Counted from the first letter of the stretch, positions 1 through 13,719 are shown. The stretch is 59,695 nt of DNA from Octopus bimaculoides (GCF_001194135.2 NC_068997.1:26961396-27021090); one strand, 5' to 3'. Notes: generated by a model from the letters alone, not told the origin. Made by a program: numbers and translations.

Positions 1-149
1 ATATATATATATATAAAATCTGGTACCTATTTCCTGCAGCTAGATGAACTGATACAATGTAGGATAAAGCGTTGTGGCAAGAATCCTGATGACTAAGCTT
101 CCTCTTCAAGGCTTGAAAATATTTCTACCCAGATTAATTTTAAACTTCC

Positions 150-538
150 ATATGTATGGCTGTGTGGTCAAAAGTTTGCTTTCCAACCACATGGTTCCAG
201 ATTCAGTCTCACTGTGTGACACCTTGAACAAGTGTCTTCTACTATAGTCCTAGAACAAAATAAACTTTGTGAATGAATTTGATAGACAGAGGCTGAAGAA
301 ACCCACTGTGTTTATGCATGTGTGCATATGCATGTCTTCGTGTTTGTTCCCAACCACCACTTGACAACTAGAGTTGGTTTGTTTATATCCTCATAACTTA
401 GTAGTTGGGTAAAAGGATAAAATAAGTACCAGACTTTAAAAAAAATAAGTACTGGAATCAATTTGTTTGCCTACACTCTTTAAGGTGATGCTCTAGCATG
501 GCCACAGTCCAATAACTGAAACAAGTAAAATACAAAAG
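150..538 (+). mobile_element. tRNA-derived SINE, family A, diverged full-length copy
   Basis: Head GGCTGTGTGGT..AAG.TTGCT..CCAACCACATGGTTCC.G.TTCAGTC and tail ACTGAAACAAGTAAAA, shared with many copies in the window. Confidence 0.8.
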
Positions 539-789
539 CTAAAGCTTAAGTGTAACTCATTTTGATACATTTAGGATGAGGATGCTGTTACACACACTAC
601 TTCCGAGATCATGCCCCATCCCAAAAGGCCATCAAACTGACAAAGATTCCCTCACCAACACACTACAACCACTGGTTCACTGATGCACTGTTTAATCTCT
701 CTCTCTCTCTCTCTCCCTTCTATAATCTATAATATTATTTGGCTTTTTTGGATAGAAGTGTCATATTCCTCCTGGAAATGTGTCTCTTG

Positions 790-1800
790 TTTTTGTATAC
801 GACGACAGTGTTAACATCGTTTTAATGCTGAAGTGCATACACTTGATTCCACACATCTGTATTGTAATGATAAACCACTCATACAATAGTAACCACTCTC
901 CAAGTTCTCAACTAGAGTTGTCTCGTCCAGATTTCCTGTTTGTTAATATTCTCATGGCATTACTAACTTCAGTAAAGGTCAATAAGCCATCAACAGTAGT
1001 TGGTGGACATTTCACAAAATTCCTGCAAGACTGCAGGATGCACTGATTTAAACTAGTTTCAGAGCAAGCTATATTATTCTCCTCGGCACGCCACAACTGT
1101 TGATTGGTCTCTTAGCAGTGATGTGCCATCTGATGATTTGAATGATACCACAGATTGCTGTTACTGTGTTACAGATATTATGGATGTTATGGTTGTCTGT
1201 ATGCATCTGAATTTCTTGAGCTTTTCTTGATCATAAACACTCACCATTCATTTTCCAGGGTATAAAGGGTGGATTAAGAATCATTTCAAAGAGCTCACCA
1301 CTGCTTTTTAGAGAGCATGATGAGGAACTGTCCAGCCTTACACTGTAATACTATTGAGGAGCCTGCCAACTGTACTGGAATTCTTACTAAATAAATCTTC
1401 ATTTTCATTTTGGATCCAATGTTTTCAGCAGCAGCAGCATCATAGAGTATCAAACTTTAAAAGGATCATTTGTCATCCATCCCATCTTCTGAGGTGATGA
1501 GTACTTCCAAAGCTTTCTATTTGACAGCCAGAGAGTGATTAAAATCTACAACTATAATATTTTCAACCTTCCTCCAACAAAAAGGCTGCCAGATTGAACA
1601 GCACATAGCAATGTCTTCCACTCCAGAAATATATACGTGACACTTCTTCCAAGTGATCTTCAGCTGGTCTTTGAACTTTCTACCAGTCAAATGCTTATTG
1701 ATGTGTAGCTGACCATAAAGTTGTACAAGCACTGGGGCATGATCATAAACACAGAAAGCTTCACAACTGCTTCCCTTTATCAGATCACTTTCATCCAAGT
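790..1800 (-). mobile_element. Degenerate LINE ORF2 fragment (endonuclease end / RT start)
   Basis: Minus-strand peptides DHAPVLVQL (SDHxPV-like) and LTFTEVSNAMRILTNRKSGRD (EV..A..L.N.K.PG.D-like), with frame disruptions. Confidence 0.5.
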
Positions 1801-2741
1801 TATATTCCTTTACACTAAGGTCAAATTTGCTGTTTGTCTCTCTTATGAGTCATTAAAAAAAAAAAAACAAGTACTGAAATACTGATGCAGGAGGCAATAT
1901 AATTGATTAAAATACTTAACGACAGTACCACAGCATGACCACGGTCCAATGACATAAAGAATAAAAGAATATCCTATTTTAATAAACCAGAATTCAGGTT
2001 TTAAATTCTATTGCAAACCCAAAGAGAAAGCCGCTTTCAGCTTCACTTCTTTTCTGAAGTAAATTGTTTCCAGAACAAGTGCTTCTGACATTCTTCAGAA
2101 GTCTGCTTCCTGTTTTGAAAAAAACCCCAAAAACAAAAGCATCATTGTAACTGTTCTCTATTGTTCAGTGGTACTTCACAGTGACATAATGTAGAGTGGT
2201 TTTTAGATTATGAAGCTACTACACACCAACCCATACACCTCACTACACACACTGCCAGACAATTTTATTAGCAAAACTTCATTCATCTCCACCACATTAT
2301 AAAATATCAAAGAAGGGATGAGAGACAGTTCCTCCTTCTCTGAATTCAAATCCACCAAGATCAGTTTTGTTTTTCATCTTTTTGAGATCAGCAAAATAAA
2401 GTACCAGTCCAGTATTAAAGTCAATTCCCCCCGCCCTCTCTCTTTTATTTTACTTTCTTTCTGTTTCCTTTTCTCTCCAGAAGAAATTAGCTATGATCAG
2501 ACCTACAGAGGGTTGAACTCCACCAGGTTTAAAATACCTAAGGCACATCAACAGTGATACTAACAAACAATACTGGAAGCCTCTATATGAACATTCAAGC
2601 TACTATGAATAACAGCCAAATCTCCCACATATCACACGTTATCATATTAAATACAGAATGGATACATTAGATCAGAAGTGAGGCATCAAATGTAAGCGCA
2701 TAATACATATTAAGCAAATCAAAATGGTAATATGTACTACA

Positions 2742-3053
2742 TACTTGGGGCAAGTGTCTTCTACTAGAGCCCAGGGCCAAGCAATACCTTGTGAGTGAAC
2801 TTGGTAGATGGAAACTAAGTAGAAGCCTATCATATATGTGGTGGAGTGTCTATGTAGTTTTTGTTTATCCCCCATCCCCATATGACAACCAGTATTTGTT
2901 TGATTACATCCCAGTAACTAGCGGTTCAGTAAAAGAAACCAAAAGAATAAGTACCAGACTTAAAAATAAAGCAATGGAGTCAATTTGTTTGATTAAATCC
3001 TTCAAGGCTATGCCCCAGCCTAGCTGTAGTCCAATGGCTGAATAAAGTAAAAG
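2742..3053 (+). mobile_element. SINE family A, 5'-truncated
   Basis: CAAGTGTCTTCTACTA...TTGTGAGTG...AGCGGTTCAGTAAAAGAAACC...AATAAGTACCAG. Confidence 0.75.
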
Positions 3054-3544
3054 TTAAACTGATGATTTAGCTTTATATATTGATAAATCAGACAGATATT
3101 ATTGTAGCATTAAAGTTTGATAATTTATTGATTCTTCCCAATATCTATATTCCAAACATGGCCGACAAACGTTAAATAATGATGATGATGACTTTGCTTT
3201 ATATATTTTTGCTAATTCATCTAAGTTGCACCAACAACACTGCCGACACCAAATAATAATAATAATAATAATAATGATGATGATAATAATAACAATAATA
3301 TGTTCATGACTTGGTCGTCAATTAATTGCTATTTGATATTTTCAAACTAATAATTATCTATTCTGAACAGGATATTCTCTGTTTTCCTTGTTTGTTTTTT
3401 TAGCATGACCTCTTTCTCCTGATTACAATCATTCTGAATATATAAACTATGAGTGAATTTAGCAAAGAAAAAAGATACAAAAATTTATTTTCCCCAGTAT
3501 TATTTCTTTAGTAGAATGTAAAGGTATTATTATATGGTTGAGTA

Positions 3545-3766
3545 AAAGTGGTGAGCTGACAGAATTGTTAGCATGCCAGGCAAAATGCTTAGCGGTATTT
3601 CATCCATCTTCACGTCCTGAGATCAAATTCTGCCGAGGTTGACTTTGCCTTTCATCCTTTCGAGGTTGATAAAATAAGTATCAGTTGAGTACTAGGATCA
3701 ATGTAATCAACTTACCTTCTTCCCCCAAAATTGCTGGCCTTGTGCCAAAATTTGAAATCATTATTA
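3545..3766 (+). mobile_element. tRNA-derived SINE, family B
   Basis: GGTGAGCTG.CAGAAT.GTTAGCA...GAGATCAAATTCTGCCGAGGTTGACTTTGCCTTTCATCCTTTC...AAAATAAGTA...GGCCTTGTGCCAAAATTTGAAA. Confidence 0.8.
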
Positions 3767-4001
3767 CGTGGCTGACCTTTCTTGTTGTGTTTGATGGTAT
3801 TGCAGAGATAGGAAGTTCACCACTTCTGCTGTGCCTGGGCTGTTTCCAAAAGCAAGTGCCTAGCTCCAAGTACACTTACCCACTCTCCACTTATAGATAC
3901 ATCATCATCATCACCACTGCTATATGATCATGATGATGATGAATTAATTAGCAATAAATCTGATCTTCAAGAGATGAATCAATTTCTATCTTTTAATATG
4001 G

Positions 4002-4228
<227 letters not shown>

Positions 4229-4796
4229 CTTGGTAGTTACCTTGTTGAGATCAATGTAACCACAAGAATTGCATTCTATTAGGAACAGCAAGGATTGTTA
4301 AAAAAACCTTGATATCTAAGGAAACTAGTTATGACTTGGTATCAAGGACACTGACTTGGAATCATACCATTAAATAATATAATTAAACCAATTATTCAAT
4401 GATTAAAAATAATATAGACTTCTTTTCTTTCTGAATTAAAATCAGTTTTTTAGCTTCAGCAGCATAATTGTAATTTACATATTTGAAAATGTATCTCTAA
4501 AAAATGTCATTAAAAATAAGCATTATTAAGAAAGTTATGAGGAAACGAAGTCAGTAGGGAGAGGATGCTAAACTGTAGATAACAATAGTTCATTGTACCC
4601 TCTCTATTACCTGCAAAATGCAAACTTTCATAGCTTTGCCTGTTAGTCAAATATATGGAAAGTTTTGTTTTTGTTGCTAAAACATTTAATTTGTAGCAAC
4701 ATTTCAGACTTTATCTTTTAGTGTTAGAAGACAATGTCGTCTATAATAAAGCATTTGTAAGAAACAGAATTCAAAATGTTGTTTCTAATTTAAGCA

Positions 4797-4990
4797 GCAG
4801 GCCAACAGTTTTGAGGGGTGGAGGTTAGTCGATACCTCAACCCCAGTACTTGACTTATACTTTTACTTATCAACCCCCATTCCAAAAGGATGAAAGTTGA
4901 TCTGAGTGCAATTTGAACTAAAAACATTAAGAGTAGGAAGGAATACAATAAAGTATTTTTCCAATCCTCTAATGATTCTGTCAATCCATT
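4797..4990 (-). mobile_element. SINE family B
   Basis: Reverse complement of the family B core. Confidence 0.7.
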
Positions 4991-5043
4991 GTCCTGCCAT
5001 ATATATTGTTATGGTGACAGTTTGTCAACCTTAAAAGTATATA

Positions 5044-5481
5044 CACGGTGTCCCAAAAGTCTCTGATGGGTTTCAGTTTTCAATAACTTCCTTAACTTTA
5101 CAAATAAATGCATGAAATTTTGATACAATATAAAGGACATAATGGAAATTAATATGCACAAGTTAAATTTTGCAATACCACTACATCACATATGACAAAT
5201 GACATTGCCTAAATGGCAGCCATTTTCAGCTTTGCACATCCATGCTCTTTCCAAAACTTGCACCATAACGTCCTCAAGAGTTTCAGACACCACTTCTCTG
5301 ATTTCTCTGTTGATGTTCTCCTTCAGTTGCACCAGGGTCTCTGGTTTGTTGACGTAAACCCTCTCTTTCAGGTATCCCCACAAGAAAAATTCCAGACTAG
5401 TCAAGTCTGGGGAATGTGAAGGCTGTTCAAAGAAGACCTCACACATGGTTCCAGCAAGATGGGGCAACTGCTCATATCACA
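5044..5481 (-). mobile_element. Tc1/mariner-superfamily remnant (3' end plus TIR), with an internal inversion
   Basis: TA-CACGGTGTCCC terminus; SPDLTSLEFFLWGYLKERVYVNKP on - strand; WFQQDGATAHIT on + strand. Related to 34769-35240. Confidence 0.8.
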
Positions 5482-6619
5482 TAACTGGTACATACATAGA
5501 CATACTAGACACACAATAGAATACCGCTCCTACATCTGAGATAGTACTGTTACACATATGCACATATATTCTAGTTTCAACCAATAATGGAAAACAGCTG
5601 CTATATTTGGGATGGGTTTTACCACACACACACACACATACACATAAATACGTCTTAGAGGCCCTCCCAGTACAGTACTGATTCCACACACTAAATATTG
5701 CTACTACTCCCACACACATATCCAAGATCAACAATACAGTACTGCTCCCTCAGACATACTGTCTCCTCTCTCTGCTTTCTCTACTGCTACTACAGTAGCC
5801 TCTGTTCCTCTAAGCTAGCAGGTCTTGAGTCATTTTCACTCAGGTTCTCCTGATTCATTCACCTCTTCTCTTCTCCTCGCCCATATAGTGTCCTCCACCA
5901 ACCCAAATCCTCTACTAACCTCTACATCCAGTCCTCCCTCCCTGAGTATATATGCTCACATTGACCTTATTGTTCTTTGAGGGTTTGTGAAGGCTATGGG
6001 CACAGACCACCCACCAAAAAAAGATTATAAAAGAAAATGGTGTATATATATAACAAGTGTATATAGTATGACGTGTATGTTGATTACTGTATGTATATCT
6101 TGTATTCTGGTATGTAAGCTGTGCATATTACAGTATTTTGCACTGAATAGTCTATAGTATATGAGCAGGTGTGTGTATATCGTTGTATAGCATGCCTGGT
6201 GTGCAGATTACTGTATATGCGGTGCATAGAGTTTAAAGTGTAACAGCAGGTGTATGTTGCTATTGTATCTCTTGGTATGGCAGGACTGTTGGAGTAATAG
6301 GATGCTTTATGGTATTTATGCGTTGTAAGTTCAAATCATGCCTGTTCTGCCAAGAACTGCGATCAACAGGCACTATAATATAAAAGGTGCGTGTATATAT
6401 TAATGTGTGTAGGGCGGTATGGTGTTGGTAGTACATCATACCACTCTACGCTACAGTAACTGGTTTGTACATGACAATGTTATTAGTATACCAAGGGTGT
6501 GTATATTTTTGTATGCACTGGTATATAGTATGTCTAGTGTGTGTATTTATGTAGTATGTCTGGCACGTATGTTTATAGTATACCAAGTGCGTGCATATTA
6601 TTGTTTGTAGAAGTACGGT

Positions 6620-6790
6620 GCTGTGTTGTCTTAAGGCATGGGCACACTTGAGGAGGCCAAAGGGGCCTCACGGGTCTGAGATCCCAGTTCTGATCTATGT
6701 ATTACTGTGGTCTGGTGTCAATAAATATATACTGTGGGGCCAAGTGTATTGATTTGCTCGGGAGCCTATAACGCTGGTAAGACGGCCCTG
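6620..6790. mobile_element. Small non-autonomous DNA transposon (MITE)
   Basis: Right end GGTAAGACGGCCCTG, left end GTCTTAAGGCATGGGC (imperfect inverted ends). Confidence 0.45.
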
Positions 6791-6791
6791 G

Positions 6792-7016
6792 TACTCTTTA
6801 CTCTTTTATTTGTTTCAGTCATTTGACTGCGGCCATGCTGGAGCACCGCCTTTAGTCGAGCAAATCGACCCAGGGACTTAGTCTTTGTAAGCCTAGTACT
6901 TATTCTATCGGTCTCTTTTGCTGAACCGCTAAGTGACGGGGACATAAACACACCAGCATCGGTTGTCAAGCGATGTTGGGGGGGGGGACAAACACAGACA
7001 CACAAACATATACAAC

Positions 7017-7073
<57 letters not shown>

Positions 7074-7227
7074 CATGCGACGGGCTTCTTTCAGTTTCCG
7101 TCTACCAAATCCACTCACAAGGCTTTGGTCGGCCCGAGGCTATAGTAGCCCAAGATGCCACGCAGTGGGACTGAACCCGGAACCATGTGGTTGGTAAGCA
7201 ATCTACTTACCACACAGCCACTCCTGC
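6792..7227 (-). mobile_element. SINE family A, young full-length copy with internal (TA)n
   Basis: CpG-retaining copy matching 23470-23797. Confidence 0.88.
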
Positions 7228-7747
7228 GCTGTCTTCTGAGATTAGTATTACTCTACATTGTGCTGTAACGAGGTGTATAGTACAACAGGTGTGTGTATGA
7301 TATTTTTCAACAACATAAATAAAATAAATAAATAGAGTAGATGTGTATATCATTGTATGTCGTTGTACAATGTCTATAGTATGTCAGGAATGTACGTGAC
7401 TCTAATTGTGGTATGCGTGTGTGCATGATGAATGTGAGTGTATATGTATACAAGCAGATTTGCTGTATGGTGTGTACGTATATAGATAGAAAGATAGGTA
7501 GTACAACAGCTGTTGTATGAATAATATGTCAGGCATATATAAGATGGTGTATAGAAGTAATATAGAATGGTATGTAAAGAGGGCGTATATTATTGCATAA
7601 TGAATGAAATATGATGAAACACGTATGTAAGTTATATTTACGAGACAATTATGTACGAGAATGTCAAGTCCATTTAGAACGATATAGCATGTATGTATGC
7701 ATGCATGTATGTATGTATGTATGTATAGATATATGGATAGATAGATG

Positions 7748-7788
<41 letters not shown>

Positions 7789-7870
7789 AGAGAGAGGTAT
7801 AATGTGCGTATGTTTGTATATATTACGCATCGTACGATACAGTATGGCTATAGTTATGAACACAACTTAC

Positions 7871-8090
7871 CTGATCGCGTATCAAAAGTAACCACAAAGA
7901 TGGTAACAATCTTGTCAGCTGCCAATGACGATGGCAGTGGACTCCTATTGGCGCTGATTCTATTGTCGTTGCCATTGACATAGCCTAAATTACCACTTTC
8001 ATATAAATATCTAATCTTATCACGAGGATCATCAATAGCATATGTCCCTGCACCCTTCAATAATGGTGTTTTATCCTCATCTTCAGCCAT
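7871..8090 (-). CDS. DENND11: DENN domain-containing protein 11 (KIAA1147/LCHN) homolog, first coding exon; downstream exons not found in this window
   Basis: MAEDEDKTPLLKG...ADKIVTIFVVTFDTRSG ends at a phase-1 donor G|GTAAGT (7871/7870). It matches recalled human DENND11 MVEQGDAAPLLRW...DQVVAVFVVTFDPRSG. An in-frame upstream ATG exists at 8237. Confidence 0.8.
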
Positions 8091-8998
8091 TTCTTGGCAG
8101 TCAGACGATCGAGTACTGCTTCGCTCTGACGATAACGTAAGCGGCCTCCTTTTCAATAACAACCTCCCGCCACCACCACCACTACACCTTTGATCATCTC
8201 CCTTACTCTCTACTGCTACTCCACCTTCCCCATCCATCTTCTCCTTCGTCTATCATCTCTCTTTCTCTCTCTCCTTCTGGTAATGCAGAGCTATGGGTAG
8301 GGAGATATGCTGAAGAGGAAGTTGCACAGAGAAATAGAGAGAATGAGAGAGAAAAAAAAGGGAGAGAGAGAGAAAGAAAGAAAGAGGAGGGAAGTTATAC
8401 ACACGTATTCATGCAACAAGTTAAGGGTTTATGTATTGAAATAGTTGTGGATTATTTAAAGAAATTACGAATTAATTACACAAAATTAATTTATTTGCTT
8501 AAGAGAAAATCTAATTTTTGTAGGCAATGAGCCAGGTGCAGATGTTCTAATCTTATTGCATCTCATCAGCATAGCAATTAATTATAATTATTCTCATTGT
8601 TAGAGACGCTATTACTGTCCAAAATTCTCTGAATACCCTTTTCCATATGTAAAAACATTTGTTGATTAATCTTAATCAAAGCTGGCATCAGAAGACTATA
8701 CTATACTGGAAAGACCTGTAGCAAGACTAATTTCATAATTGCATGTTTAGACTTAAGTAATCCAAAAATGGTTCTACACCTAAGTCTCTAATGATTGGAC
8801 ATGCAACCAGTCATATGATGTTGAAATACTTGGTTGAGTTCAGCATTTGGATTGGTCTAGCTTTACGTGGGGATACAGAGCTCGTATCCAATCGCATTGT
8901 GGTAAATTCTAGATACCAGCCTGAACCTCGTTTTGTCAAAAGACAGCAAGATGTTTCTCATTTTAATGGAGAGGAGAGAGTTGTTTTCAGAGAGGCTA

Positions 8999-9945
8999 TG
9001 TCATATTATTTTTGTTCCTGTTGAAGCACATGTAACCAAGTTCAACTGAGTTGAAAAGCCAACTATGTATGATTTTCTACAGACAGCATTCTCCATGATG
9101 TATTAATCTGGTTTGTTGTATAATTTTATTTAGCGGAAGACTAAAGTGTCGCTGTTAATTGATGTTCCTGGAGCCCCTTTTTACCTATAAATAGCATGCT
9201 TTATCCACGCCAGTTTGTCACGATTTCAGACCTCTCTGAGGTCTGGTCGTTGACCACCCAGCAACAGTTTCCAGCAACGACATCAACACCACCGTTCAAC
9301 TATTTACTACAGTCTCATCGCCAGCGCCAACACGATGCCACTACTTACACAAGCCAGTAACCGCGGTTCCTCTCAACACTGTTTGTGTGGATTGTTTCCA
9401 CCATGAAAATAACAGCCAGAACAACCTGCGAGAATCTTCTGTATTCAAGTAACCGGTCGCAGCATCGTAGCCTCAACTTCTTCTCACGACATGTGACACT
9501 TCAACTTTGCTATTCGGCCACAATCTCTTATGTACAGACATTCTATCTACTGTGTAACTCAACTATGAATTGGTACTTTCTTATTTTTGTGTTCAGGACA
9601 CTTATTGTCCAGGTTACAGACTCTTTTTCATGCTCTGTATTTCTCATTCACACACATACACATATTTATGTATACACACTCTTGTTCACACAATGGCCTG
9701 TCATATATAGTGTTATTATTATTATGCCACATTTACGCAGACACAGTTGACTACTCTAAATAAACTTACTCTTCTATATATATCTTTAACGGTTGTGTCA
9801 CTCTCTTTCCTTGCATTTCACATGTGAGTTCCCTTATGTTATATTATATATTTTGTGTCGACCGTGCGACGCGTTAAAAGGAGCCTGTTCCATTCGTCAC
9901 CATCTCCTTGGTTCACACGGTCGTTTTCTACAGATTTATATAACA
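8999..9945 (+). mobile_element. Probable solo LTR
   Basis: TGTCATATTA...TTATATAACA termini (8/10 inverted match); degenerate 5-bp flanks GGCTA/AGCCA; TATAAATA at 9186; AATAAA at 9759; CpG-rich interior. Confidence 0.45.
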
Positions 9946-11379
9946 AGCCATGTGCCTCCAAACAAGCTTTCAAGCTCAGAGCATACTGTTAGATCTATTT
10001 AAAAACCAGGATGCTAATCTATGAGAAAACATGAGAAAAAATGGGAAGGAAAATACAAAGAAAGTTGATGCTAAAAGTGGTATGGGAAGAAAGAAAACAA
10101 AAGTAAGAAAACCAAGATTGTCTTGCTTGTCTGAAGAAATCATAATTAATGCATCTGGTGCAGATTAATATAAAAGAGAGGAGGCCAAAGTCTGGAACAG
10201 GTGGTGTCCTCTAGTTCAAGAAAAGAAACTTGTCTATGCGCTTGCATTTGCTAAAAATTTTGGATCTGGAATTAAGTAGTTTGGTGGACTTCTTGGATCT
10301 AAAAAGGATGTGCGATCTTTCAGCTATGTATAACTTGCATCTCTTTGATACATTTATATATGGCATAGATTTCTCCACAAGTGTCCCCTTGATTCTATGT
10401 GCAAATGTATGTGTGTCTTTGTGTTTGTTTGTCCCCCACCATCACTTGAGAACTAGTGTTGGTTTGTTTACATCCTCTGTTACTTAACAGTTCAGCAAAA
10501 GTGATTGGTAGAATGAATGCCAGGCTCTCAAAAACTAGATACTGGGTTGATTTGTTTGACTGACCCCTTCAAGGTGAGCCACAGCATAGCAACAGGCCAT
10601 TGACTGGAACAAGTAAAAAGTAAAGGATATATATATATACACAATGTAATATATAATATGTGTGTGTATATGTATGTGCTAGGTGAGTGCTGCACACACC
10701 TACCAAAGATATATAAAAATGTCATAAAGAGCAGTAAAGTGACAAATTCCACTGTGCCAGCAAATAGTTGGTAAATTGCTGGGGCAAACAATCATTTTAC
10801 TTTATCAGAAATCATCAGCTTGTTATGTAGAACATTTATCTGAATCAGTGATATTTGTTTAATCTTCAATCAATGTTCTATTCATTGATCTGTAAGCAAC
10901 AGTTTTTCATATCTTCACAAGTTAGAAATTAGTGTAGTAGACAATTAACAAACGAGACTACCGCTCTCAGTGAGACAAATATCACAGCTTTCAGTTGAAA
11001 GTGTGTCCTGCAAAGAGACCCAAGAGTTCACTATCTTTGAATATTTCAAATGGCTTGCCAGCTCCTGTCAAACCACTTAACCCACGCCAACATGGAATAT
11101 GGATGTTAAATGATTATGATAGCATATGTAAATATGTAAAGGAACAAGAATGGAACAGCTCAAATGGAATATGAAGACATGGTAACAAATATACACATAC
11201 TCCACACACAAACACAATGTAATATGTTTCCTGCAAATTTGAACTATATATATATGTAGATATATCACAGTATTGTCCAGACCATCAGATGCTGTGATAT
11301 ACAGCTGGACACAATGCATTTCCAATTCTGTTTTGATTGTGCCGTTACCATTCTTTTCCATCATGACCCAAATTACTTG

Positions 11380-12025
11380 GCTAAATCATCTTCCCTTCAT
11401 CATGGAGGCCTTATGAGTGGCCTTTTCCAATCTCTTAGGTACCACTCAGCAACTGCACAGATCCACTTGTTATCTGTGAACCTAGTGAAATGTCTAACCT
11501 GATGGAACTTGTATTTTTGGTACTCTGCAATCACATCGTTCACTCTACCCCATTCTTGAATTATATCTTTTTTAATGTGCTTTTGTAATGATATTCCTAA
11601 CATGGCTCTTTCCATGGCCTTTTGTGTCATAGAAAATCAATATTCTATCCTCTACATGGTAGCCTGTGTCTCACTTGCATACAAGAGTGCATGTAGGACA
11701 GAGCTATTGAAGAGTCTGGCATGTATGGCATTAAATAACTTTGTTTAGAGCACATCCTTCATTGAGTTAAATGATTTCCATCCTACCCTTATTCTTTTTG
11801 AGATTTCAGCATCCGTATATTGGTGCATATTCACTGATGTTACTTCTTTACCCCCTTGATTTCATTATTTCCCACCTCTATTTGGCTTTGTGCTACATGT
11901 TCCACATATATTTTGTTTTCTTATGGTTCATTTTAAGCCCCACTGCTAAGCACTGAGTATTCAGCTCTGTCAGCATGTTCTGTTGTTTCAGTGATGAGTA
12001 CAGTGTCATCAGTGAATTGGAGGTG
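11380..12025 (-). mobile_element. RTE-clade LINE fragment
   Basis: LQFTDDTVLITET (FADD-like RT motif) and TQKAMERAMLGISLQKHI...KWICAVAEWYLRDWKRPLIRPP. Confidence 0.75.
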
Positions 12026-13653
12026 CAGTGGTTGCTTGCCTCGACCAGCACACAGTGGCTGCTACAACGGCTCGTACATGTCGGTCTCAGTCAATATTTG
12101 CACCACGACCAATGCAAATATTAGACTGAGACTGATGCATATGGGCCATCGCAGCAGTCACTGTGCTCCATGCAAGGGTCAAGGCGTGTGGTAGCTTCAC
12201 GCCCTTTGATTTCACAGATATTGTTTTGAGCTGAGTGGGGTGGTGGTGCTAGATTCCCTTGTTTGAAAATATAAGGACACAGATCGTGTCGTATAGCCAG
12301 CTGGAGATGATGTCTCTTGGGGCTAAATTACAGTAACATTCTTTCTAAGCCAGGACTGCCATGTTATGTTGGCAGACAATCTTTACTCCAAAGTACTGTT
12401 GCTGAATATCTCATGTTGTGAGATTTACAAATAGTAATTTTCTAATAAAATATATGGTTGATAAAATAACTTTAGGATATTTTTTTTTTCACTGAATTTT
12501 ATTCAAGTTTAAACTTTATTAAATAATTTCCAATTTTTTTTTCCTCCTGAATAGTCATTTTCAAAAATTTCAATTGATAAAACCATATCAGTTTATTCAA
12601 ATTGAAATTCCCAAACCCGAAATAAAAAATAAAATGTAAATAATAAAAATGAAAAAATATAAAAAAAACTTGAATGAAAAGTCCTCATCTGTATTTTTAA
12701 TATAGCAAAAAGCAATGTGGGAAAAAAATAACACACACACACACACACATACACACAAAACTTAACAACAATGGACGATATCATTTCTTTTCCTTTCAGA
12801 CAATAAAAATAACAAATTTTACTCATCACATAAAAAGTAGCTTTCCACATTAAAAAAATAAACCCCAAGAAAACCATATTATCACAAAATGTTTTAGCTA
12901 AATGGGATAAGCTTAGAGACAGAATTATTAAACAAAATAAATTTTTATATATATATATTATTATTATTAATAATAATAATAATGATAATAATAATAATAA
13001 TAAAAAATAACAATACTAATCATTACTAGATTTTTTTACAGAATTTTTTTTTCCATTTCATTTTTTTTTACAAAGGAGAAAAACGAAATAAAAAAAAAGT
13101 TTAATGAGAAGTAATGAGAAATAACGAGCTGTAATGATGAAAATCATGTAAATATTTGAAGCACACACAAAAATGATGTGTATTTTTTTTGTTCCTTTTT
13201 GTTTTCTGTGAAACAAACAATGACACTGAGGTATAGATATACAGATGTATATGTATGCATGTATATTTATATGTGTGTATGTGTATGTATATATGTGTAT
13301 GTATATATATGTGTGTGTTGTTTGTATGTGTGAGTATGATTATGTTGTGTTTGTAAGTATACATGTATGAGAAACAGATATTGATGTTGATGGTGATAAT
13401 GAAGTTGATGTTATGCTGTGAATTATCCATCATCCAATAAGGATAAAGTTGCCCTTCAAGAGAAAAATAAGAATAAGAAGATGCACAGATATCAAAATAA
13501 AATGGAACAAACTTCCACCAAGTCATGGTCAGTAGATCAATTTTATTTTGATTTACTGCAGACTGGATGTTTCACCAAAGGAGACCTGAAGATGATGAAG
13601 TTAACACAAAGAAAATCAGCAGGATTTTTTTTAAGGGAGAGGTAGTTATATAG

Positions 13654-13719
<66 letters not shown>

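Larger units (their letters stand above)
6040..7700. repeat. Degenerate tandem / low-complexity array in DENND11 intron 1, interrupted by a MITE and a SINE
   Basis: Recurrent motif similar to TATAGTA..(C)AGCAGGTGTGTGTATAT..TTGTA. Confidence 0.5.
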
